Shown here piece by piece: positions 12,093 through 22,960 of a stretch of DNA of 36,659 nt. A program made the translations under genes and the position numbers. Source of the DNA: Jimgerdemannia flammicorona (taxonomy: Eukaryota); NCBI GenBank assembly GCA_003990765.1, contig RBNJ01000208.1, forward strand, positions 1-36,659. The letters run 5' to 3'. Below the pieces are notes generated by a model, which searched no databases, was not told the DNA's origin, and was given only the letters and a program-made list of their open reading frames with translations. How positions within the stretch are numbered: the stretch's first letter is position 1; each line of letters opens with the position of its first letter.

Positions 12093-15000
12093 ATAACTGT
12101 AAGGTATTCTAATTTGGTACTACTATAGTTAGCTTACTACTTTTGATAGTTTGGCTTATATAAGCTATTATATAATACTGATAATCAGGTCTTTTTTGAG
12201 CTAAGACTACTCTGAGACCATTTTTAGAGATATCTATATATAAGATAAATGACTTCTACAAGTTGAGTTATATAAGAACTAATGCTGTAGTCATGTAAAA
12301 TTTGAGTTTCTTAAAGGTTAATACTTATGATTTCTTCTATTTATATTATACTTTTTTCATACTATTCCTTATAAATCTCTTATAGTAAAATACTAACATC
12401 AAGAAGGATAGTGCTTCCTTCAGAGTTTTGAGTATTGGCCAATTATTGATCCTCTCAGTTTTCTTTAAGTTTTATAAAATCTTTTTTTAGAAACTATAAA
12501 TTTAAGAAATTCAACTTTCTACTTTCTAAAGTAGTATTTCTTAACATTGTGTATCAGATACTTCTTTCAGATATTGTAAATATTCTTCAAAATTTACTAA
12601 ATAAATGTTGAGTTATATATAGATAACTAGATAGTGGTAGATTAATAGAATATAGACTATGTCCAAAGGTTAAAAGTATATTGTCAAGTTCAATGAGTAT
12701 TTAGAGATATTCAAACAGTTTTTCCAGAGTAAGAAATGCTGTCTTTTGAATATATATCTTTAGGGGTTATAGAGATTTTATAGAATCTTGTAAAGAGATC
12801 TATATTGCTAAGATATCTGATCTCTTATAATTAATCTAGGAGGTTGTCAATTTAGGACAAGAGATAGACATTTTTTCTTATTACTAAATTGAGCTTTTTG
12901 TAGTCTATATAGTTTCTATCATCTCTTCTTGAGTATAATATATAAGTATAGAGCTAGCCCAAAGACTGGTAGAAAGTCAGATGACTTTATTATCTAAGAG
13001 TTCTTAAATATAATATCTTTAGATAGTGGGATATTCTATAGAGTTTTTGTCAGATGAGTTTTGAATTTTTTATATTTATACTTTAGTAATATAATAGATT
13101 ATATAATAGGTTACCATAGTCTATAATAAAGATATCTTAATATTTATATACTTATCTAAACTTTCAAATCCTTTGATCTGTTTTATATCTTGGCTCAGTT
13201 CAGAAACTTCTTACAGTTAGAGTATCTTGACTTTTATAAAGACTATCTAGGTGACTTTTTCTCTATAGATTTGGATTTATTCAGAACTACTGTTTTTCAA
13301 AATGACTTTTATTTCTACAGTATATCTAGAATCTATTATTTCTCTTTCTGTAGTTAATTCTTATTTCACAAGTTCAGATCTTGAGATTAGCTAGATATAG
13401 AGTCCTTTGAGCAGTTATATGATGAGTTCTTTACTATACTATACTTTCAAAGTTCAGAGTTATGTCTTAAAGGCAGTAGAGATTATGACCTTTATCTTCT
13501 TTGTAGGCTTTTATTTAAAGAATAGCTTCAGAATATAATAAAACATATTGTACAATATTCTTACTAAGTGTAAATTATTTCTGAACAGAGACTTCTGTAG
13601 TTATAAATCTCTAGGCTCTAATGTTGAGATGTAGTAATCTGACTCTAGTGGAGAGATCTTAAATATAATTAATATCTCTTTTCTCTATAGGATCTAGGGC
13701 TTCTATAAAGTTGATAGTATTCTCTATTTATTTTAAATAAGTAAGTTATATATTTATTAAGAGCTAGAATATCATCTCTTAGATTATGGATCATACATAA
13801 GAGTCTTTTTTATAACTCTTCTATCTTGTTCCTTTTGAATCTTAGCCCTGTTATCTCTCTTTTTGAGTATGTATACTATAATATTTTGACTGAGTTAAAT
13901 ATTCTCATACTAATAGGTTTAGAAGCTTAAGCATTTTCTATAGTAGTATTAGCTTATTGTTTGAAAGTGATATTTTTATTATAACTTCTTACTGTCTTGG
14001 AAATTTGCAACTATCTCTATCATAGATAGCTAAAAGAGTGATATATAGAAAATATACTTCTGTTTAGATAAAGTAATCTCTTCTATATATAAGGTTATTT
14101 TATTAGTATTATTATTGTTTTTTAAAATATAGCTGACTGTATGATTATTACTAAAGATACTAGGTCTGAGTATTTTTATCTTCACTGTTGATCTAGCAAG
14201 TAAGATTGATAGCAGTAGTCTCAGAAAGAGTGGAAGACTACTTGATGCTGATATTTTCCTTAGATAAAAAGCTCTTTTCTAGTTTATTACTTGTTTTGAG
14301 ATAATGATAACTGTACTTAGTCCTTCTTCAGTATTTCAGAATTCATCATCTTCATCTTTTAGTAGTATCTAGTATGGATTATTTTAAGAGTTTAGCTTAG
14401 AGAGTTTTTCTGGTTCTGAGATTTCTTCATCTGTTATTTCTTATCTCTAAATTACTTATACTTCTACAGCTTCAGTTGTAGAGTCAGATGACTTTTATAA
14501 ATAGTTGCATATATTTCTTCTTTCTTCTTCTGCATTCTAGATATACTGTACTAGAGGAGTTTTTTATTCTAATGTTCTTAGAGGAGTGTTTGAGAAATTT
14601 GTATCTTTTGAGATAAGTAGAGCATTCTTTGATTAGCTCTACAATGGTATCAATTATAATAAGGATAGTGTTCTATACCTATATATTATCTTCTGGCCTA
14701 TTATATACTAGATTGATTTATAGATAAAGTTTGGGATCATTGCCATCTTCAGATTTTTTCACATCTATAGTAGATAATTTACTACTAGCATACTTTTCCT
14801 AAATAGTAATCTTCTTCTTTTCTTAAATTGCTTATAATTAGTTACTTTGATTTAGTACTTCTTTTCTCTATAGTTGAATTTGAGAACTATTGACTAATTT
14901 TAATAATTGTATTAATTTTTTTTATTCAGTTAGTGCTCAGGATCATATTGTAAGTAATAGCTTTAAAGATGACAGTTTTTGAGATAGAGAACAGAATGTG

Positions 15001-15837
15001 TCTAAGAATAATAATAATGTTTTATACTTCTTCTAAGGGTTGAGTTAAGGCTATTATTATGCTGAGATTAGATAATCCATTAATAGATCACTAGAGGGTG
15101 TCTAGAAATGATTTTATGATAATATAGATAGCTACTTCTGTATCAATAAGTATTTTTGTCTTTTGTCCTTTAATATATCTATATAGATAAATACTAATAT
15201 GTCTTTTTACAGCTTGGATAGTAGTTGGTACTAGTTTGTACTAAGGAATTAGAACTCAGTCTTTACTGGTTCTAGTGGTTCTCAATAGTTTGTTTTAAAC
15301 TTCAATTATAAAATTACAAGAAGAGAACTTCTATCTTGGCTTTTTTGAATCTTCTTTCATATGTTATCATAAATATCTTAGAATATAGTCTTTGGGATAT
15401 ACTTCTTCTTGAGTTTTAGAGTTACTGGCTCTGGTATTTTTTGCTCTATTTTCTCATCTTTAGATTTAGATATTAGTTTATCTATTTAAGAAGTAAAGGG
15501 TAAAGGAGAATGAGACGGTGAATCAATATGATCTTTAGCTTTTTCTTTTTATAGAATTCTCCTCTTCAATTTTCTAACTGGTCTATCTTTATTTATCTTT
15601 CTTTTTTCTATAAAGTAAACAATTTTCCTAGAGATAACCTTAGTTGGATATAGCTTTAGATTACTGTATTCTTTACTATCACTTTTTTTATGATATTCTA
15701 TGAGTAAGCTTTGGTCTTTTTGTATTTTTTCAGTTTGTTAATTCTAGGTCTATTTGATCATTCCTTCTATTATTATATTCTGTAATATAGTAACAAAACT
15801 ATCCACAGTTATTATTGAACTTGAGTCTTATTATATA

Positions 15838-17437
15838 CAGTGACTTCCAAAACTGGTTCAATGTTTTATTATTTTTTATTTTTTATTATAAAAAAAAATA
15901 GATAAAAATATAAAACTAGAGTATATTATAGCCCTATATTAGAGGTTTCTATAGATAATAATTTTATTATACTTATTATTAAAATTGCTATTAAAAATAA
16001 TTTTTAAAAAAGTCCATACATTGGATCAGTTTTGGAATGACTATTTCAATAAACATATTTTGTATCACAGACCATCAAAAAATTACTGTATAAGTATGAA
16101 ATTTTGAATAATTATTCTCTTAACTCCTCTCTATATACTTATATTTTTTATTTTATTTTCTATCTCTTTTTTTATTTTTTTAAAAAAAAATGAGAAAAAT
16201 TCCATTGAACACTCAAAAAACATCATTGCTCTATATAGCAATATGTCAAATTGCCAAACAGACTAGTGTTAGTAAGACAACCATAATCTGTATTAAAAAA
16301 GAGTATTGCTCTACTATATTGTTAAAAAGAGGTCATCCAAAAATACTCTCAGATTATGAAAAATTATAAATAGTTCACTAGATAACTAGTGGTAATGCTG
16401 ATATGACCCCTGAGGTTGCAAAACTACTCCAAGAAGACAGCTAAGCAAAACAACATTATTCTTGAATCATTTCATTACTATTTGTAATATATGTTTTGAG
16501 TTAAAATATCAGTTATTTCTAATTAATCTTGAAATATATAATTGATTTCTTTAATTTATTGTCAAGGATGCTTTGGTAAAGCTCGGCATTCATTGATTCT
16601 TCGATTTTGCATGCATATCCTGCATATCCTGCATATTCTGCATATCCAGCGCCATTATAATTCATGTAGCTCCAAATGGAATCGTCCCCAAACTTTAAAG
16701 TCGGTGTCATGTGGTTCTCTGTCAATTGTTCACCTGCCGCAGCCAGAAAGTCAGTACGTCTTTTGAGCCAAAATGGTTATTTGGTCTCATTAGAAAATAT
16801 AATGTACTTCTAATTAACAACTGTCCACTCTTTATATATACTTGTACATGGATTTATATTGAGCTTTTATATATCAGCAGAAGAGTTGACAATTGATAAT
16901 GAGTATGAAAACACTGCCATCCCTGGACCTAAGCCCAATCGAGCACCTGTGGGTGCATATCAGGGGTTTCTTTCACTTTATGGTAGTCTTCAAACTGACT
17001 TCCTTCAGGGCATGATGCACTGTTTAGAGCTTAATCTATGAGGAGCTACTAAAAATATATATATGAGCTTTGGGAATGTGTAGAAGTTGAATAGAATGCA
17101 ATTCTCAGCCAAGTATGGTATAGATTTAATCAATAGTATGCCAAGGTATATTGGTGTGGTGTATAAGATAAAGGAGGCTATGTAAAGTATTTATCAGTAT
17201 CATATTTAGTATTTATTGAAATAGTCGTTCCAAAACTGGTCCAATGTGTGGACTTTTTTAAAAATTATTTTCAATAGCAATTTTAATAATAAGTATAATA
17301 AAATTATTATCTATAGAAACCTCTAATATAGGACTATAATATACTCTAGTTTTATATTTTTATCTATTTTTTATATATTTTTAAAATAATAAAAAGTAAA
17401 AAATAATAAAACATTAGACCAGTTTTGGAAGTCACTA
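15838..17437 (+). mobile_element. Tc1/mariner DNA transposon (Tc1-like) with ~215-225-bp TIRs, TA TSD and an internally rearranged dead transposase
   Basis: TA|CAGTGACTTCCAAAACTGG ... CCAGTTTTGGAAGTCACT(A)|TA, with TIRs at 15838-~16053 and ~17212-17437. Transposase motifs: QIAKQTSVSKTTI, RGHPKILS, TVHHALK..KKP, WT..IFSNETK, PTLKFG, MNAELYQSIL, SLDLSPIEHLW, ELWECVEVE, LINSMPR, GGYVKY. Confidence 0.92.
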
Positions 17438-17860
17438 TATAAGATAGATAGTTTCTTACTTCTTATAACAGATAACTTCTGTTATCACAAAATAGATAGT
17501 TCTGATTTTCTTTTAATATATGGCTCTTAGTGTTTTATAGATATATAGTACAGAATTTTATTTATAGTAATTTTTTTAATTTATCTGATTAATCAGTCTA
17601 GTTTGTAGCTAAGCTTTTGAATTTTATTCTTACTTTCTTTTATTTATTTATAGAATTCTTCTCTCTTAAATTTTCTTAAAGGATTCCTTAGAGTTTTTTG
17701 ATCAAGAGGTCCTTCTTATCTTCTTTCTTATTATTATTCTAGGTGGTTTCTTTCTTAATATCAAAGTATTCTTAGACTACATATATCCACTTATTTAATT
17801 AGGTCTTTTGATATCATGAGTATAGACATACTGGGTAATATTGGGAGGGATTCTATTTAT

Positions 17861-18938
17861 TATAATGTACTAGCTCAATAGAAACAAATTACAAAATTGA
17901 GACTACTATGTAGATTGGTTTAAGTCTCTAGTTACTTTCTCAAAAAGTAATAAAATGTTTAATAGTTTCTTATTTATATAGTATAGATAATTTTAGTTAG
18001 ATTCCTGATTAGGCATAGTTCTGTATATATAATATAATAAATTTAGTAGACTTCTTAAATAGTATAGATTCTGTATAATATAACAGATTTTAGCAAATTT
18101 CTTAAATAGTAGATAATAGCAATTTTCAGACTTAGTCTGATAATTATATTAAATATATTGAATTTCTCTTCTGGCTTAGTCTTACAAGTATACCAAAATA
18201 TAATAGATTTCTTAAATTCAGACTTAATCTAGTAAGTAGACTAAATAACTATAGTAGACTTCTTTAACTAAGTTATATTAGTTGACTACTTTATTTGTAT
18301 GAATAATTTTGCTATGAAGATATATCTGACTAACTGTCTTGGTCAAAGTAGAGCAGACTTCTCTTTCTGGCAGACTTCTTTATATCAAAAAGTGGATTAG
18401 AGTAAAAAAGAAAGCTCACAATCTTCTGTATAGTGACTTTAAAGTATATATTTCTCCTAAGTATTATAATCTTTCTAAATCAAGTAGCTTTTGACAGATA
18501 TATTTCTTAAAGTATATTAGATAGACTTGTCTTTTGCTTTTGACCTTTTTATACTATTTTTTATATTAGAAAGCAGATCAGAGTGAAATCAGATATATAT
18601 ATTAAGTTCTCTTACTTGTAATGTGAATTTCAGACTGAGATTTAATTACTTTGATTATTGAAGTATTTTATACAGTTGTATTGCTAGCTGATTGCTATGT
18701 AGCTAATTAAAAAATATACAGTAAGACTAATTTGAAAAGGTATTCTCTTAGAGAACAGATATTTCTTTAGAGTACAAGTATTCTCTCTAAGTATTAGAAT
18801 ACTCTGGAGATATGAAATTTATTCTAATTTAGTATATCAGCTATTTATATAATAGTGGTATAAGAGATAACTATATAGAGTAACTATACTGAGTATTTTG
18901 TACAATATGTAGCTATATTATAATATTTGCTTATTATA
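17861..18938 (-). mobile_element. Hypermutated solo LTR nested in the Gypsy gag region
   Basis: Collinear (reverse-complement) similarity to the 26591-28134 LTR. Termini TATAAT...ATTATA equal TGTAAC...GTTACA after deamination. Flanked by TTAT on both sides, but this AT-rich TSD support is weak. Confidence 0.7.
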
Positions 18939-19930
18939 TTATAAATATCATTAGACCAATGATGACTTGATTAGTAGTATTGAATTTAGCAATATATATT
19001 CTCTTTTGAATTCTTATAAAAAATACTTAAAGCAATTTTTCAAAATTCATCTTCATGTCTATAATTAATTCTTAGACTTTGTAGTAAGTTTTGATTTCTG
19101 TACACTTCTCAATAATCTAGTAAGAGATGGCTTCATATTGAGCTATATAATAGTTTTTAGTATGTAACTAGAACTTATTCTAGTCAAAGTTTAGATTATT
19201 TGATATTCTGATGAAGATTCTTTTGTTCAGCTCTTTTATTTATATCTTAAGTATAATTTGACTTCTGAACAAGAGATATTCAATATTACAATTTCTTCAA
19301 TAGTATCTAGAAATTCTACAGGGTCTTCTTCTGGATATTCTGTAAATATGAGTACTATTCTCTAGTTCTTCCTCAGTTTCTAAGTCTGAATCTGTTTCTT
19401 TAGCTATTTCTATAGGTATGCTATATTTAGTTGAGCTATTAGGAATCAAGAGGTAGATATTAGGTCTCTGGAATATGGGTACAATTCTTAGTATTCTCAA
19501 AGATAGTAGACTTAGAGGGTTTGCTGGTCTAGGCTGGGTAGGATATCTAAGAAAAATTGAAATTAGACAATGTGATCTTTAAGTTTTTATATAAGTTTAA
19601 AGTTTTATATAAGGTTATCTCTATTATCTGATTGGTTGGACTGGGTCAGGTCTCTTAGTAAAAAATCTGCAGGTACTTCAGGTGTATTTATCAGATATAG
19701 ACTTAGTGATTAGGTTAGTAGTAGTAAAAATTTCTGTACAGTACTGGCTTCTTTTTGAGATTCTTCTGATAGTGAATAGTTGGCTAGTCTTGAGGTAATT
19801 ACTTCTCTTTCTGTCCAAATGCTGCTGATTATTAATTCTCCTGTAGTAGTAGAGATTGGTGTTATATCAAATATATCTAGTTTGTTTGTTGAGTTTGATG
19901 AGCTGAAAAGTTATATAGATTTCAAAAATC

Positions 19931-19948
19931 TTCTCAGTTGAGTCCCCA
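19931..19948 (-). promoter_or_regulatory. Primer-binding site, tRNA-Pro-like
   Basis: TGGGGACTCAACTGAGAA begins 2 nt after the LTR end GTTACA. It matches the canonical tRNA-Pro PBS TGGGGGCTCGTCCGGGAT at 12/18, and 4 of the 6 differences are G>A or C>T. Confidence 0.65.
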
Positions 19949-19950
19949 AA

Positions 19951-20195
19951 TGTAACATACCAGCTCAATGGAGGCAAATTACAACAGTTGGGTGACTATG
20001 TAGATCAGCTTGAACCCCCAGTTACTTTCTTACAAAGTAACAAAATGTTCAGTTGGTGCAAGTTCTCTTGTTCATATAATGCAGATGATTTTAGCAATTT
20101 TCGTAACAAGTACAGATTCTGCATAATATGGCTATTTAGCAGACTTCTTTATATCAGATAGTAGACCATAAATAAAGCTCACAATCTCCTTTACC
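19951..20195 (-). repeat. Partial, internally deleted 5' LTR of the Gypsy element
   Basis: TGTAACATACCAGCTCAATGGAGGCAAATTACAA matches 17861 onward and the reverse complement of 28100-28134. Similarity ends near AAGCTCACAATCTCCT (~20190). Confidence 0.8.
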
Positions 20196-22044
20196 TGCTG
20201 CAGGATATATTACCACTTCGCTCAAAGTGTCGGATGCCGATCAAGCACATCAACGACAACACCCTCGACGTCATACCCCCTAGGAATTAGCATAGGGTAA
20301 ACAATGAATATCTGACAAACCAATGCATATTCCTATGTCTGGGAGCTCATCCATCGCACAATCTGAAGGAGCCTCAGCCATCGGGCAATCCAAGGGACCT
20401 TCACAATCCGAAGGGTAATCAGACATTGCACAATCAGAAGGGGTTTCAGCCATCACACAACCCGAACGGCCATAGACGTCGTGAAATCCGGAGGGGCGTC
20501 GGCGGTCGCTCGGAAAATAATAATGACTTCTCTCATTTTCCAGATTGGAGAAAAGAATGCCAGCAGCGAGCCTGACATAATTCAGTTCGAGTTTAATTTT
20601 CGTGGACAGATTCGTTCATCATTTGTATTTACGAGTCACTCTAGCGTCATGTCATGGCTGTTGGCTGTTGCTTATTTATTTATTTATTTATTTATTTTGC
20701 ATGGAGCCATCAGACTGTGAGCTCACATGTGCTTCGGAAATTTATTTCTTCGCTATAGACTTTTTGGTTGGCGTTGTGGCTAGAGTAGGTTACCCACCGA
20801 CGTCACATCCACAACGTCACTCCGAGATTCTCCGAGAACTCTCAAGACTTACGAGCACCGAACTGAATCCTTGCATGACTGTGACATAAGCAACAATCCA
20901 AGACTTTTGAGCACCAAGAGCATGAAATCGATACTTTTGACCGCCAAACTGCACCCTGGAACAACTGTGGCATGAGGACTCTTGATCACCAAACCGAGAC
21001 TTTTGATCACCAAAGAGCACCCTTGCGCGACTGTGGCCGGCCTGTTTTAACGCATGTCACGAAAGCACACCTGTCCACTTTGAAATTGACAAAGACACAG
21101 AGAGAGAAAAGACCGATACATAATAGTGTATTTATTTTTAAGTTGATACAACATGCTGGAATATAATTACAGAAGGGCAGGCTTGCCACCGCAAACTCAC
21201 ACGCAGTATACCGCACCAGCGAACCTGTCAGGGAATATTTCGTAATTGGTTGTTGTTCGCTTGGTTACCCACTTTGTCGAACTTCGCGTGCTCGAACTTC
21301 GCGTGCTCGAGGCCGCGCAGGCGATTGCACCAGAAGTTTGAATGCTTTTGTATCTCGCTATAGGAAATGGATTGGAGGAGCGATGTGAACTCGGTGTCCG
21401 ATAGGCATAGCTCCCGCAGAAGGATGAAATCGATTGACAACTGAATCATAACGTACGTAGAGACATCAAGGAACTTGCGAAAGCTTTTCGATAAAGGAAA
21501 ATCGGTTGAATACAAAACGAATTGAAAATTAGATTTGTTGAAGGCTATTCATTTGTGTTGAGAATTTCCATATTACGTGATTGACCATGTCCCAGGTACT
21601 TATATAGTTGTGGCAGCAAATAAAATTGGACATCATTAGAATTAAGTTACTTATTAACCTCCTTTCATATACTTTATTAAGATATATCGCACTAAATTGA
21701 AATATCCATGACGCGTGGCGAATTTTCAGTTCGTTGCAAGAGAACTCGATAAGAAGAGTACTGTATATAGTGGGGTTGGAAGGTGCGAAGCGAGGTGAAA
21801 TTGCTAGTTTTGATGTTGCAAACAACGAAATCTGAGTAGAAAAAAGGTCTTTATTTCGCTTCGTTTTAGACATCTAAATAAGCATGATTCGCTTTAAATG
21901 CCTTCAGGTTGAGGAGGTTCGCATGTTTTTGGTCTTGCCATGTTACTTTCACTTTCATAAAATTTATGTTGGGCCTTTGTCATGTCTCATTCAGGTTTTT
22001 TTTTAAAAAAAAAAAAAACATTATAATAAATTTAAAAGCAAGTG

Positions 22045-22365
22045 AAGAAACCCCACCCTATACAGAACTCTCGCAACCTAAAAAAATTGAAGGCAGTATT
22101 GTTCGCTGCCCACCCTATACAGAACTATTGGAACCTAAAAAATTGAAGTTAGTTAGAGAATAAGAGATTGGTCGCTGCCCACCCTATACAGAACGATTGG
22201 AACCTAAAAAATTGAAGTTAGTAATAAATGGAAGCCGACCTTAACTTGTCGGCTGTAAATCAAGAACTAAAACCGATGTAAATCAAAAACTGAAATCGAA
22301 GGCTGACCTTACCTTGTCAGCCGTAAATCAAGAACTAAAAAAGAAGGCTGACATTGTCAGCAATA
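22045..22365. repeat. Two short tandem arrays (3x CCCACCCTATACAGAAC...AACCTAAAAAATTGAAG; 3x hairpin-bearing GCYGAC..GTCRGC unit)
   Basis: Direct copies at ~22052, 22108 and 22178. Hairpin units at 22233, 22301 and 22346. Confidence 0.8.
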
Positions 22366-22594
22366 GTTACCTAATTAAGACCTTTTGAATAATCTTCTTG
22401 CCAGTGGAAACTCTTGCTTGGACAGATAAGAAAATGGGGCTGACTATCCCGCTTGTTTAAGAATAGCCGCAACATGCCATCAATACATGATGCTGTACCT
22501 CTTGCCCCCATAATCAGATCCGCTGTGGTCCCACTAGCTAGGATCTAAGATTAACTGAACTTGGGCCTCCCATCTATTAAGAGGGTTGTGAACC

Positions 22595-22960
22595 CAATAT
22601 CCCACAATTAACCAATTTTGCTCTACAATTACCACAATTAACATAACTAATTTAATGAGCTTGGACCTCCCGCTTATTATGGGGAGGCCATCGCAACGTA
22701 TCCAGCTGTTATCCCATTTAGTTTGCAACATCCCATGATTAACCAATTTTGCTCTAGAATTACCATAATTGATATAACTGATTTAATGAGCTTGGACCTC
22801 CCGCTTATTATGGGGAGGCCATCGCAACATCCAGCTGTTATCCCATTTAATTTGCAACATCCCACGATTAAACAGTTTTGCTCTAGAATTACTACAATCA
22901 ACCTCCCGCTTATTATGGGGAGGCTAATGCAACATCCGGCTGTTATCCCATTTAGTTTTC
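22595..22960. repeat. ~130-bp tandem repeat, 3 copies
   Basis: Recurring AACCAATTTTGCTCTA...ACCTCCCGCTTATTATGGGGAGGC...CTGTTATCCCATTTA at ~22610, 22741 and 22871. The third copy has a deletion. Confidence 0.9.

Larger units (their letters stand above)
10810..20195 (-). mobile_element. Heavily mutated Ty3/Gypsy LTR retrotransposon carrying nested insertions; 3' LTR missing
   Basis: Order on the minus strand is LTR, PBS, gag region, PR, RT, RH, IN. PR: ILIDTEVA (=LIDTGA, ~15140). RT: STSLWAS, IDYKKLN, IDNLLD, KTAFLT, KVEFLKFIVS, NNWPIL..LSFL..YYKRFI (13000-12370). RH: FILYIDIS, NYSSTKLE, FTLITDH (12250-11670). IN: Zn-finger remnant TCQR (~11445) and core to ~10950. Confidence 0.88.

Noticed and set aside
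12671..12697. LIELDNILL as a variant RT catalytic YxDD motif
   Set aside because: Its position right after KTAF..FEY shows it is the mutated MPxGLxNAP motif.
20199..20212. GCAGGATATATT, matching the core of Agrobacterium T-DNA borders
   Set aside because: Only about 12 bp match. The downstream GTAAAC part is absent, and there is no second border or T-DNA gene.
20881..21060. GTGACAT...ATGTCAC-bounded segment with internal ACTTTTGA.C.CCAA repeats as a MITE
   Set aside because: The inverted ends are only 7 bp, there is no TSD, and only one copy is in the window.
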